Shown here: positions 33,126-42,716 of the stretch, one piece after another | Position numbering within the stretch: position 1 is the stretch's first letter | Layout of the letters: every line of letters begins with the position of its first letter | Source of the DNA: an uncultured delta proteobacterium | GTDB lineage: Bacteria > Desulfobacterota > RBG-13-43-22 | Assembly: GCA_963802945.1 (NCBI GenBank) | Contig: CAWDKY010000027.1 | Span: 96,001 to 160,000, forward strand | Direction of reading: 5' to 3' | Length of the DNA: 64,000 nt | Program-made: the position numbers and the translations under genes | Notes under the pieces: model-generated | What the model was told of the DNA's origin: nothing | What the model saw: the letters and a program-made list of their open reading frames with translations, nothing else | The model's database searches: none

Positions 33126-33920
33126 TTAACGGCCTTTAAAGTCAGCCAGGCGTTTCTCAAAAAAGGCCTTTACCCCTTCCGAGTGATCCTCGGTTAGGGA
33201 GGCCAGTAATACCTGATCCGAATCCATATGCATTATGGCCTTGTCCAGGGCTGAAGTGATGGCATTCACGCTTCTTTTTATCATCTGAGCGGCCACCGGG
33301 GGCATGGCCGCGTAATTTTCGGCCATTTCCATCGCCCGGTCCATTAGCCTGTCGCTCGGGACAACTTCATCCAAAAAACCCCAATTAAGCAGAGTGGTTG
33401 CATTTTCCTTTTGAGCGAGAATTACAAAACGCTTGGCCCTGGCCGGACCGATCAAGTGCACGCACAGCGGGAGACTGACCCAGCTCAAGGGGATGCCCAG
33501 GGCTCCTTCGGGATAAGCGACAAAACAGTCTTCAGCCCCAATACGGAAATCCAAGGCCGAGACGATACAAGCACCTCCACCCAAGGCCCCACCATTAATC
33601 GCTGCTATGGTGATTTGGTTCATTTCATGGAGTTTCTGAATCATCCTTGGACCCAGATGAAATTGTCGCTGTTTGCTTATTAACGAAGCGCTGGAAGCCG
33701 CTGCTCTTTTGGGGTCCTTCAGGTCAGCCCCAGAACTGAAATGCTTGCCTTGCCCAGTGAAAATCACCACCCGCGTTTCAGTATCTTCCTGGAACTCATC
33801 GGTGACCATTTCAATTTCCCGCATAAGGCTGTTGTTCAAGGCGTTCAACCTGACAGGTCGGTTAAGCTTAACGATTGCGATCCGGCCATTTTTTTCCACA
33901 ATCAGATTTTTATAATTCAT
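33126..33920 (-). CDS. Enoyl-CoA hydratase/isomerase family protein
   Basis: LNRP..LNAL, FSSGADL, GGALGGG, EGVKAFFEKR. Confidence 0.9.
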   Translation of the reverse strand: MNYKNLIVEKNGRIAIVKLNRPVRLNALNNSLMREIEMVTDEFQEDTETRVVIFTGQGKHFSSGADLKDPKRAAASSASLISKQRQFHLGPRMIQKLHEMNQITIAAINGGALGGGACIVSALDFRIGAEDCFVAYPEGALGIPLSWVSLPLCVHLIGPARAKRFVILAQKENATTLLNWGFLDEVVPSDRLMDRAMEMAENYAAMPPVAAQMIKRSVNAITSALDKAIMHMDSDQVLLASLTEDHSEGVKAFFEKRLADFKGR

Positions 33921-34007
33921 CTTTTTTGGTTCCTTGCCTCTTACTGTTAATTCTAATTATGAGGATCACCCATTCGGTTATGAGATCACGTCTGCCGATA
34001 TTCCCCC

Positions 34008-34833
34008 TTAGGCTTGGGCCTTAGCCGCCATTTTCTTCATGATATTGGCAATAATCAGATCCTGGGCCAACTGCCTGCCGGCAGACATGGCCGGCGAGAA
34101 TCTCCTGATAAAATCGATCTCTTCCGTTGTCGGCGCCTCCGTTTGGCTCAAATCCGCGGCGATCTTCAAATCCCAGGGAACTTCCTTTTGGATATCTTCA
34201 ACCTTTACGCCGGGATGAATTTTAGCCAGATACATCTCTTTGGTTATGCGCATCGAACCTGAAAATCCCCTGGGTGCTGATCAGCATCGACGGCCCCGAT
34301 CCTTTGGGAAAAAGACCGGATCTATCACGGCTGTCGCCGCCGTCCAGATATCCGGGAGAGGTCACGTAATCGAGCTTATTCACGAAAGATCCGCCCCGCA
34401 AAGTCAGGATCGTTTTCTTCGAATAGGAAAGAAAATCGGCCGCGCCGCCCGAACCGGTCAATCGCAATGAAGGTTTGAAGTAGTCGCCGATAGCGGTCGT
34501 ATTGATGTTGCCGTATTTATCAACCTGACCGACGCCGAGAAAACAGGTATCCACAAAACCCCTGTAGGTCATGGTGAAGGCGGTGAAAAGATCCGTGGCG
34601 TAGGAAAACCCTCTTATGCCGCAGGCGTCCGCAATATGGTTCAGAGGCAGCAGGGGCACGAAATCGATCAGACCCGCTTCCATCATGAGAGTGGCGTGCG
34701 GGGCATATAAGGCCTTGGCTACGGCACCGGCCGTAGTCGGCAATCCCACGCCAAGAATGACGTTTTCGTAATCCTTGATTTCTTTGGCAACGGCGATAAT
34801 CAATAATTCATCAAGCGTATAGGGCTTACTCAT
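34008..34833 (-). CDS. Family I CoA-transferase beta subunit, +1 frameshift near 34248
   Basis: GVGLP, QVDKYGNIN, GSGGAAD; C-terminus continues in ORF 34008-34253. Confidence 0.82.
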
Positions 34834-35873
34834 AAAGTTTCCCTCCCTCTTTCAATTTCGCTTCAAATTCTTCGATGGTTAGGCCCAAGGTCCTGTGCCT
34901 GTTATTTTCATCCCAGGCCGAGGTATAGGCCGAACCATAATTGGCCGGTGCGGAATAGAACGGCCTCGCTTTTATGGCATTCAGCGACTCGATTCCAAAC
35001 TTGGAAATATAATGATCGATATAGGCTGGCGCGGTCTTTACATCCGAAGCACCACTCGTCAAGCCAGGTTTTGATTCCGTCGGCGGTCGTATCGGCCAGG
35101 TTAAACATGGCGTGCATGGGGAAGTCCAGATTGTAACAGCCGATCAATTCCGTGGGGTGGGCGTTCCAGGGTATCTCGATGAGCGCATCCACGCGGAAGG
35201 CCGGTATAATGGTCAGATGCGGACTGGACTGAATCACATCATGCTCGACAATTTCCTCGCAGGAAACGATGATTCTCTTGCTGGCCAGGGATGCGGCGGC
35301 AACACTTCCGAGCGCGCCCCAGTACTGGGCGTTGCCGTATTTATCAGCCCGCTGAACATGCACAATGCAGACGTCAGGATTTAGGGCCGGGACGGTCAAT
35401 ATATCCTTTCCCGTATAGGGGGATTTAATAATACGGTATTTGTTCTCCCCCATAAAAGTGCGTTTCCGAAACAGATCGGTTTCGATCGTTCCTTCCAGCA
35501 CCTGGATGAAATCAAAGCCATGCATGCCCGCAACCATCATGGCATTGTACTGAAAGTTGGTATAATCTTCGATCTCGATGGTTCCGGCCATCAAGGCACG
35601 TTCCAGGGCAGAGCCGCCGGCTTTCCCGCCGGCCCTCATGCAGTAGGTCGTCAATAATCGATCGACGCAGCCGCCGGCTATCAGGCATTCCACGTCCAAA
35701 ATTCCCGATTGGGAATACAAGGTGAGTCCTTTCCTTCCCTGCCGGATCACTTCGAAGACCATGTCCATGCAAGTTCCGACCGTGTAATTGCCGATGACCA
35801 GATGATCACCGTCATGCACAAACTTGCTGATGGCCTCCTTTACGGTCATAATCTTGTTGATTTCTTCTGTCAT
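34826..35873 (-). CDS. Family I CoA-transferase alpha subunit, +1 frameshift near 35028
   Basis: VHVQRADKYGNA, IVSCEEIV; tail continues in ORF 34826-35062. Confidence 0.82.
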
Positions 35874-35975
35874 ACAGGCCTCCTGTCTTTCTTAGTTTAA
35901 TACTTCTTGATTTTATAGGGACTCATGAAGACACCTTGATGTCTCTGAGTAATCTAAAGGTCTTAAAGACTTATT

Positions 35976-36803
35976 TTACTGTTTTTTTGAAACGGAATTA
36001 TAATAGTTTTCGTCCCTCAGGCCATCGACACATTCAAGGGAATACATGTTCGGGGGCGAAAAGTCAAAGAGCATTTCAAGAATCATCATCACGATTCGGT
36101 AGGTCAACCCCCATAACACCTCGGGAACTTCTTCATCTTCATGGAGGAAACCTGGAAAATCCTGAACGACTTCATCATTACTGCCCGGATAGGCTTCAAA
36201 ACGCATTCGATAGCGGACATAATTTTCGGGCTTCAGAAAATCTTTTATTGGGATGGAAACCACCTTTTCCACTTCCCGGTTGGGAAAGAATCGTTTCTGA
36301 TTCCTGATCCAAACCACCATTGGGTAGATGAATTTTTGAAAAGATTGGAGCGGCTGTGGCGGCATGGGGCCGAGAAACTCGATCCGAAAAGGATTAAGAC
36401 GCATTTCTTCCAGGGATTCTCTCAGACCAGTGGCCAACAAAAGAGAGAGCCGGCCAGCTTCCAGCCTTCTCCGAGTCCGCCATTCCTTCCAATAGGGCCA
36501 GCGGCCCAAAGGGAAAAAGGGGAGTCCCAAAAATTTTGCCACTATGGAATCGATATGATGAACAATGCCTCCGCCCGGAAAACAAAGGTCTCCTGACTGT
36601 CTCACCAGTTGTGATCTTTTATTAAATACAAAACAAAGTTCCTTCTCTGGCTCCTTTTCTTTAAGGCCTTCACTTAAAAGGCAAAGAACAACGGATGAAT
36701 CCGTTGAATCGGAAAGGGTTTCGGGAAAAAGGCAAATTTCCCGGTTTTGTTTGGCCAGTGTTTCCGTAACCTGGGTTATAAATGGTCTGAATTCCTTTGA
36801 CAC
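35976..36803 (-). CDS. Nudix hydrolase (CoA pyrophosphatase-like)
   Basis: GDLCFPGG, LRESLEEM, LWGLTY. Confidence 0.8.
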   Translation of the reverse strand: MSKEFRPFITQVTETLAKQNREICLFPETLSDSTDSSVVLCLLSEGLKEKEPEKELCFVFNKRSQLVRQSGDLCFPGGGIVHHIDSIVAKFLGLPFFPLGRWPYWKEWRTRRRLEAGRLSLLLATGLRESLEEMRLNPFRIEFLGPMPPQPLQSFQKFIYPMVVWIRNQKRFFPNREVEKVVSIPIKDFLKPENYVRYRMRFEAYPGSNDEVVQDFPGFLHEDEEVPEVLWGLTYRIVMMILEMLFDFSPPNMYSLECVDGLRDENYYNSVSKKQ

Positions 36804-36911
36804 CTTTTGTCTTATGCTCTCTTTTCCTATTGAGATTTTATCCGACCTGTTATATCTTTTATCAAATATTGTACGTTTAGGCCAATTATTTCAACGGAAA
36901 GGAACCGGGAC

Positions 36912-37907
36912 ATGACAACAGAAGAATGGACCCCAGGAAAGCTATTGGAAATATCCGGAAATTACTGGGCGGCTTGTGCTGTCCAGGCCGGAGTCAAATT
37001 GGGTATTTTTTCGCACATCAGCAATCAGCCACTCAGCGGACAGGAAATTGCTCACCAACTGAATGGGGATCTGAGGGGCGTCACCATGCTTCTTAACGCT
37101 TTGACGGCCATGAATCTTTTAATGAATAAAGATGGGGTCTATTCTAACACGCCTTTCAGCTCCGCCTTTCTGTCAAAGGAATCCCACCAGTACATAGGCT
37201 ATATGATCATGCATCATCATCATTTAATGGCTTCCTGGTCTCAATTGGACAAAGCGGTATTAACCGGAAAGCCGATTCGAGGCCGGGCCTCTTTTGAGGA
37301 TGAAAAAGTCAGGGAAAGTTTTTTGATGGGCATGTTTAATATGGCCATGATGCTGGCCCCGCGCCTGGCCTTCATTATTGATCTTTCCGGTAAGAGACAT
37401 CTTCTTGACCTGGGCGGCGGCCCTGGAACTTACGCTATTCATTTTTGTCTGAAAAATCCCGGGCTCAAGGCCACAGTCTACGATCTGAAAACTACCCGGC
37501 CTTTCGCTGAAAAAACCATCGCCAGATTCGGCCTTACAGAGAGAATTGCATTCCAGGATGGGGATTATGTCAACAACGATATCCAGGGGACCTTTGATGC
37601 GGCCTGGCTTTCTCAAATCCTTCACGGCGAGGGCCCGGAGGAAGCTCAAAAGATCATCCAAAAAGCGGTCTCGGTCCTTGAGCCCGGGGGGCATATTCTG
37701 ATCCACGAATTCCTTTTGAACAATACCCTGGACGGCCCCCTGCATCCGGCCCTTTTTTCTCTGAATATGCTTCTGGGTACGAACCAGGGCCAATCTTATT
37801 CGGAACAGCAAGTCATGGATATGATGGCCAAGGCCGGGGCCGGAGAAATCCGCCGCCTGCCGATGCAAACCCCCAACGATTCAGGGGTGATCCAGGGGAC
37901 GGTTTAA
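36912..37907 (+). CDS. SAM-dependent O-methyltransferase with dimerisation domain
   Basis: LLDLGGGPG, SQILH, LEPGG. Confidence 0.9.
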   Translation: MTTEEWTPGKLLEISGNYWAACAVQAGVKLGIFSHISNQPLSGQEIAHQLNGDLRGVTMLLNALTAMNLLMNKDGVYSNTPFSSAFLSKESHQYIGYMIMHHHHLMASWSQLDKAVLTGKPIRGRASFEDEKVRESFLMGMFNMAMMLAPRLAFIIDLSGKRHLLDLGGGPGTYAIHFCLKNPGLKATVYDLKTTRPFAEKTIARFGLTERIAFQDGDYVNNDIQGTFDAAWLSQILHGEGPEEAQKIIQKAVSVLEPGGHILIHEFLLNNTLDGPLHPALFSLNMLLGTNQGQSYSEQQVMDMMAKAGAGEIRRLPMQTPNDSGVIQGTV

Positions 37908-38080
37908 TAAGGTCTCGTTGTTTTCCTGATGTCTTAACGAGGGGTTCCCATCAATACTTCTGGGGAGGAAAAACAAACTTCCGGGTTTCAAAAAAAGTTT
38001 GATCGGTTATGGTGAGGAAGGCGGCAAAGAAATAACCTGTTGAAATCGATTAGATTCGCGATGGGGATGGTCTGTCTTAA

Positions 38081-38230
38081 CAGGATGCGGAAAAACTCAT
38101 TTTTACAGGTTGCTCAAAAAGGTTCAGATACAAGACGCCCGAAATCCCGAGGAATGAGTCGTACATAGAAGTACGTCGCAATGACGAGGGATGAGGGCAA
38201 CGCAGTAGATGGGCCTTTTTCAGCAACTTG
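38081..38230. mobile_element. 150-bp MITE-like element flanked by TTAA
   Basis: CAGGATGCGGAAAAA and CAGGTTGCTCAAAAA left ends vs TTTTTCAGCAACTTG right end; TTAA at 38077-38080 and 38231-38234. Confidence 0.7.
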
Positions 38231-38375
38231 TTAAGGTTTCCTCTTTCACCTCCTCTGGTCAGACTTGGCGATGCCGTGGGCTCCGTGAAAAAAATTAAGG
38301 GAGAGCCATAAACCGGATGGAGGGGCAGGGTTATGTCTCTTGTCGGCCAGGGGATGAAGAACCAATCGGTATGGT

Positions 38376-38819
38376 CTATAAGGCCTTTATTTCAGAGGTG
38401 CAACTGGGACACCGTGTGGCCTTGATCGGGATCACGGAAAAACAAAATGGGCATTCTTTGGTGGTCAGTGCGGCAGGTTCCGGTTCCTTTTTAAGTTTGT
38501 TGATCTGGCGGATCGTTAAGAAGATGACGAAGGCGACGATTAAAAAATCAATAATGGTATTGAAAAAAATACCATATTTGATCGTCGCCGCTCCGGCTTT
38601 TTTGGCCCCTTCCAAGGTGGCAAAAGATTGATTGGAAAGGGTTATAAAAAGATTATTGAAATCCACCTTACCCAAAAGTAGACCTATGGGTGGCATCAAG
38701 ACATCATTCACAAAAGAGGTGATAATCTTACCAAAGGCCGCTCCGATAATGATGCCCACGGCCATGTCCATTACATTTCCCCGCATAGCAAATTCTTTAA
38801 ATTCTTTCCACATATTCAA
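38376..38819 (-). CDS. mscL: Large-conductance mechanosensitive channel with C-terminal Zn ribbon
   Basis: [26 protein letters not shown]; CPFC...CPSC. Confidence 0.95.
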   Translation of the reverse strand: MNMWKEFKEFAMRGNVMDMAVGIIIGAAFGKIITSFVNDVLMPPIGLLLGKVDFNNLFITLSNQSFATLEGAKKAGAATIKYGIFFNTIIDFLIVAFVIFLTIRQINKLKKEPEPAALTTKECPFCFSVIPIKATRCPSCTSEIKAL

Positions 38820-38843
38820 TCCTCCTTATAATAAGTTTAAAGA

Positions 38844-38924
38844 TTAACTGCTCAAAACCTTAAAGGGACTGTTGGTTGAGTTATAAAACTCGGTGTAGGC
38901 TTTATTTTGTTTTTCCGGTAACAT
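38844..38924 (-). pseudogene. Short gene-start fragment, possibly carboxymuconolactone-decarboxylase-like
   Basis: Strong RBS AGGAGG then MLPEKQNKAYTEFYNST..., stop after 26 codons. Confidence 0.3.
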
Positions 38925-38938
38925 GATTCCTCCTTTTA

Positions 38939-39487
38939 TCAAATCAACCCAGGGATAAACATCTTGGTGGATTTTCGGTAGCGGGAATATTCGTCCCCGA
39001 ATCTGGCCATGTTCTCCTCTTCTTCCGCCTTAGCCGTAACTATCAGAAAGGCGGATACACCCAGGATCAATGACCCGCTCAACAAGGTCGTGTGTTTTAA
39101 AAAAATCCCCCAACCTAGCAATAACAATGAGGAGTAAAGGGGATGACGGATATATTTGTAGGCCCCGATGGTCACTAAATTAGCGGTATTTTCAAATCCC
39201 AAATCGGAAGAGCCTTGGACAGGGCCCTGGGGTTTTCCGATCTTTCGGAGGAGATAAAATCCATGGATGGCCAGAATAAGGGAAGCCGTCAACAAAGCCC
39301 ATGAAATCAGTTGAAAAACGGAATAAGGATGTTCGATCCAATAACTTATATTGATCAATAAAAGGATCAGTAGCAGCTCAAAGGCAAAAAAGCGGTAAAA
39401 CCCATGGGAGCGAGGCCTGGGTAATGATTGCCGGGAAATAAAAATAATTCCCAAAGAAACAACAGCAAAAATAATCCCTTTGACCAT
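38939..39487 (-). CDS. Isoprenylcysteine carboxylmethyltransferase/PEMT family membrane protein
   Basis: LVTIGAYKYIRHPLY, EEE...FGDEY. Confidence 0.85.
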   Translation of the reverse strand: MVKGIIFAVVSLGIIFISRQSLPRPRSHGFYRFFAFELLLILLLINISYWIEHPYSVFQLISWALLTASLILAIHGFYLLRKIGKPQGPVQGSSDLGFENTANLVTIGAYKYIRHPLYSSLLLLGWGIFLKHTTLLSGSLILGVSAFLIVTAKAEEEENMARFGDEYSRYRKSTKMFIPGLI

Positions 39488-39634
39488 GGTCGGCCCTTCC
39501 TTAATCGGGTAATCAGTGCAGTGTATCTATCTTCCCTTACCATATCTCTTTTATCATAATTCCCGCCAAACCGGAACTCCAGATTGAAAAGACTGGATTC
39601 TGGATCAAGCCTGCCTTAGTGTCTTTTCTTCTTG

Positions 39635-39702
39635 GATTAACGCTGGCTCTCGCCTGTGAGAGCCGCGTAGTGGCCCGAATCCGGTGCAGAAGCAAGTTAG
39701 GC
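39635..39702 (-). repeat. attC site
   Basis: Minus strand GCCTAAC (contains the stop of 39697-40182)...GTTAATC. Confidence 0.8.
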
Positions 39703-40182
39703 CATAGGTCTTATCCAACCCAAGGGCAGTATGCACGGCACTTTCTTCTTATATTCACGATATCCGGAACCAAACACGGACTCCAAATAGTTTTCCTCTT
39801 TTTTGACCAATTGACGTAAGATGAGGTACATGAATATCGGTATGGTCAGCGCTATCCAACTGTTTACTAAAAGGGCTATTCCGGGGACAATAAAAACCAC
39901 CCATGATGCATATAACGGATGGCGACAACATCTGTAAATGCCGTTGGTTACAAGCTTATCAGCATTGTAGGCGCGCATAACTGTTTTAGCCGAAATTATA
40001 TAGAATGGTATTCCAATCACTATCAGCGCCATTCCAAGGATAATCAGAAACCGATGAGGTACGAAATCTATTTGGAAGACAGGATGGAAATAGCGGCTTA
40101 TTACGATAGTCACCATTCCGTAGCCGATCGATAGAGCCGCAAATATTGGACCTGAACCCCATCTGCTCATTTTTTCTTCCAT
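39697..40182 (-). CDS. Cassette: ICMT/PEMT family membrane methyltransferase
   Basis: LVTNGIYRCCRHPLY, EENYL..FGSGY; stop inside attC R''. Confidence 0.85.
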   Translation of the reverse strand: MEEKMSRWGSGPIFAALSIGYGMVTIVISRYFHPVFQIDFVPHRFLIILGMALIVIGIPFYIISAKTVMRAYNADKLVTNGIYRCCRHPLYASWVVFIVPGIALLVNSWIALTIPIFMYLILRQLVKKEENYLESVFGSGYREYKKKVPCILPLGWIRPMA

Positions 40183-40203
40183 ATCTATTATCCATTCAAA
40201 GTT

Positions 40204-40276
40204 ATTTAACTACCCAGTTGCACCTGACCGCAGGCTTGCGCGCTATCAGTATAATCAATATCAAAAGCCGTTATGG
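40204..40276 (-). repeat. Degenerate or chimeric attC site
   Basis: CCATAAC (stop of 40271-40876)...GTTAAAT; arms pair poorly. Confidence 0.55.
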
Positions 40277-40876
40277 GACTTGCCTTTTCTGCATCAGGCA
40301 CCTCCAGGCCCGGGGTGGATTCGGGTGATGAGATCCGAAATGGCCGGAGGTAAGTGAAAGAACCTCAAAATAAGGCTCCACGGCCAAGACGATATCTCCG
40401 GCGGCCCGTTGAGGTGGACCAGGACCTTGGCGATGCTCATCAGCGTTGCCAACGAGGGTCAGCCACAGGCCGGCTTCTTCCAAATGAGCAGCGACATTTT
40501 TGGCAAAGCTTCTTCGATCATTTTCAGAACCGAAGGAGTGAAAACAGCCCCGGTCAAATACAAAACCAAAAGGAGCACCTTCAATTTTGTTCTTAAGAAA
40601 ATCAACCAGCCTGAAATCGCATTCGACCTTGGCTTCAGCAGCTTTTTCTTTGGCCTTCTCTATAGCAATCTCCGAAGTGTCGGTAGCAATAACCTGAAAG
40701 CGGTTCTGGGCAAGCCAGATGGAATTGTCTCCGGTTCCACAGCCGATATCTAAGACTTTGCAGCTCAGAATAGGTTTTTGGGTCACCACTTCGATAAGAT
40801 TGAAATCCGGCTGGCCAATGTCCCAAGGCGTGTTCCCTGATTGGTATCTTTCTTGGTAACGCTCTTCAACGGTCAT
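40271..40876 (-). CDS. Cassette: class I SAM methyltransferase (TPMT/TehB-like)
   Basis: TPWD, VLDIGCGTG, FDRGCFH. Confidence 0.88.
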   Translation of the reverse strand: MTVEERYQERYQSGNTPWDIGQPDFNLIEVVTQKPILSCKVLDIGCGTGDNSIWLAQNRFQVIATDTSEIAIEKAKEKAAEAKVECDFRLVDFLKNKIEGAPFGFVFDRGCFHSFGSENDRRSFAKNVAAHLEEAGLWLTLVGNADEHRQGPGPPQRAAGDIVLAVEPYFEVLSLTSGHFGSHHPNPPRAWRCLMQKRQVP

Positions 40877-40905
40877 CTAATCACTCCTCGTCATAAGTTA
40901 GCCAT

Positions 40906-40930
40906 AAGAGTCAAGAGTAGACTCGACCCC
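40906..40930. repeat. Y1/RAYT-type end motif
   Basis: AAGAGTCAAGAGTAGACTCGACCCC, 21/25 identical to 42184-42208. Confidence 0.6.
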
Positions 40931-40966
40931 ATCCTCAAGAACACAAAAAGCTCGGGCAGCGGCCTT

Positions 40967-41374
40967 CTACTCGGAACCGGAGCCATAAACATCAAGATAG
41001 CGCGAAGTTGCTCCCCAGTTCATAAGCCTGGTATAGCCGGCCTGTTCGAGGTCCTTGATGACCATCTGTGCCCTTCCGCCGGTTTCACAGGTCAGTATGA
41101 GATACTGGGTTTTTGGTATCTCACCGAGCCTTTCCATGATCTGGCTCGACGGAAAGCTCTTGGCAGTCGGGATGTGCGACTTTTGATAGGCATCTTCGGG
41201 ACGGACATCGATGATCCAAATGTCTTCCCGCGGTTTTTCTATAAGCTCCTTTAGCTTGGCCGGTTCAAGGTACTTTTTTAATATTCCCCCATCACTACCC
41301 ACATACCCCTCGTAACAACCCGCGAGCAAGGCCACAGAAATCAAAACAATGAACCAGGCGACATGTTTTTTCAT
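40967..41374 (-). CDS. Rhodanese-domain lipoprotein
   Basis: Signal MKKHVAWF...LLAGC; IIDVR, SHIP, CETGGRA. Confidence 0.85.
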   Translation of the reverse strand: MKKHVAWFIVLISVALLAGCYEGYVGSDGGILKKYLEPAKLKELIEKPREDIWIIDVRPEDAYQKSHIPTAKSFPSSQIMERLGEIPKTQYLILTCETGGRAQMVIKDLEQAGYTRLMNWGATSRYLDVYGSGSE

Positions 41375-41643
41375 ATGGTATAATCCCCCCGATAAATGTC
41401 TTTGCGATGGCCGACCTTTACTACCCAAACCGTAAGGTCCTTGTCTTGAATGGAGTATACAATTCGATATCGTCCTTGACGGAGGCGATACCTTTCCTGG
41501 CCGGTCAGCTTTTCACAATCTGATGGCCGGGGATCTTCGGCCAGAGTTCTGATCCGCCGGAGTATCTTCTTCAAATCGCTCTTGGCTATGGCCGCAAAAT
41601 CCTTCTCAACAGATTCTCGGAAAAAGATTTTATATGCGGCCAT
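41371..41643 (-). CDS. RelE/ParE family toxin
   Basis: YRLRQGRYRIVY, VVKVGHRKDIY. Confidence 0.9.
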   Translation of the reverse strand: MAAYKIFFRESVEKDFAAIAKSDLKKILRRIRTLAEDPRPSDCEKLTGQERYRLRQGRYRIVYSIQDKDLTVWVVKVGHRKDIYRGDYTI

Positions 41644-41866
41644 CTTTTTTCAGTCTTTTTACCATCTCATCATAACGGATCAAAGGCTCTCCCGCCCTCC
41701 CTTCAAGCGCTGCAAAATCCTCGGCGTCTTCCACCAAGGCTTCTCTGACGGCCTTATTGATAAGCTCCGATACGGAGGTTGAGGTCTCAACGGCCTTTAG
41801 TCGCAGGGCTTTATGAAGCTCGGGTTTTAAATAGACCGTAGCTCTCTTGACTTGTGTCGACATCAT
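41630..41866 (-). CDS. CopG/RHH antitoxin
   Basis: RATVYL...LHKALRLKA...SVSELIN; overlaps the toxin gene. Confidence 0.85.
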   Translation of the reverse strand: MMSTQVKRATVYLKPELHKALRLKAVETSTSVSELINKAVREALVEDAEDFAALEGRAGEPLIRYDEMVKRLKKDGRI

Positions 41867-41890
41867 GGCACCTCCAGATGTAGTTAAATA

Positions 41891-41919
41891 ACCATAACAC
41901 TATAACGCTATTATGTCAA
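41891..41919 (-). promoter_or_regulatory. Sigma70 promoter of the TA cassette
   Basis: TTGACA-17bp-TATGGT upstream of the antitoxin. Confidence 0.7.
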
Positions 41920-41941
41920 TGACGTTACATTAAGTCTTTAA

Positions 41942-42088
41942 AACCAACGACGAAATTCAGGGCGAGGCGGGAGAATCCCACCGATCCTGTGCAATGCAAT
42001 GTTAGGCCGCATATGGGTACTTAGGCTAAGTTAACTTCCATTGGTCTCAAACAAAATTCAAATATCAGGGCTGACCCTGATATTTCTC
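41942..42088 (-). repeat. Composite attC + hairpin repeat, copy 1 (attC 41942-42007)
   Basis: Highly similar to 43930-44075 and 44550-44695; ends in AAATATCAGGG-CTGA-CCCTGATATTT hairpin. Confidence 0.9.
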
Positions 42089-42155
42089 CACTTCTCCCTC
42101 GATTCATGACATGGTACCAGGCATCCGGATATTCTATTCTCAACGGTCTGGACAT
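42021..42155 (-). pseudogene. Truncated Y1 HUH (RAYT/IS200-like) transposase
   Basis: Manual translation MSRPLRIEYPDAWYHVMNRGRSGE, then runs into the repeat and stops after 44 codons. Confidence 0.8.
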
Positions 42156-42183
42156 ATTTCAATTCTTATCATAACGTACCAAC

Positions 42184-42208
42184 AAGAGTCAAAAGCAGAC
42201 TTGCCCCC
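42184..42208. repeat. Y1/RAYT-type end motif upstream of the transposase fragment
   Basis: Minus strand GGGGGCAAGTCTGCTTTTGACTCTT, 28 bp before the transposase ATG. Confidence 0.6.
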
Positions 42209-42310
42209 CTCCGACCAATTTGTAATAAATTACAAGACCATGCACACTTACATAAAGCCGCGACGAAAGTCCGGTCGGTGTTTACTGACTTCTTATACCT
42301 GTAGATCATT

Positions 42311-42643
42311 TCATAGTCTTTCAATTAGCTTGTAATAATCCTTGATTGTACGAAGGGATTCCATCATGGTTTGGAACAAGATCCAACTGAGGACAAGGAT
42401 TCCTATGGTTAGTCCAATCTTCCATGCCCGCGTCGTTTGTGGACGCCACCAAATCAGGGGCAACGCCAGAGGTCCCACAGCGCAGACTGCGAAGATAATG
42501 AAGGATTTTCGGAAATACCATGGAGTCTTTTCTTCTGCAAGACGTGAGGGGATGGAGGCATCCAGAAACTCACCACAGTGTTTACATTTTATAGCTTCGT
42601 CTTGAATATCTTCAGCGCAGAAGGGACACTTTTTCATTATCAT
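42311..42643 (-). CDS. Cassette: zinc-ribbon membrane protein
   Basis: [10 protein letters not shown]...KCKHCGE plus two TM helices; start trimmed to after the attC. Confidence 0.8.
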   Translation of the reverse strand: MIMKKCPFCAEDIQDEAIKCKHCGEFLDASIPSRLAEEKTPWYFRKSFIIFAVCAVGPLALPLIWWRPQTTRAWKIGLTIGILVLSWILFQTMMESLRTIKDYYKLIERL

Positions 42644-42651
42644 CTCTCTTG

Positions 42652-42715
42652 GTAGAACGTTGCAGGTCACCGGGAGCCCGATTTTTGGGTGATTCGATGG
42701 AGCCAATTGTTAGCG
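42652..42715 (-). repeat. attC site
   Basis: CGCTAAC...GTTCTAC immediately after the stop of 42717-43250. Confidence 0.8.
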
Positions 42716-42716
42716 C

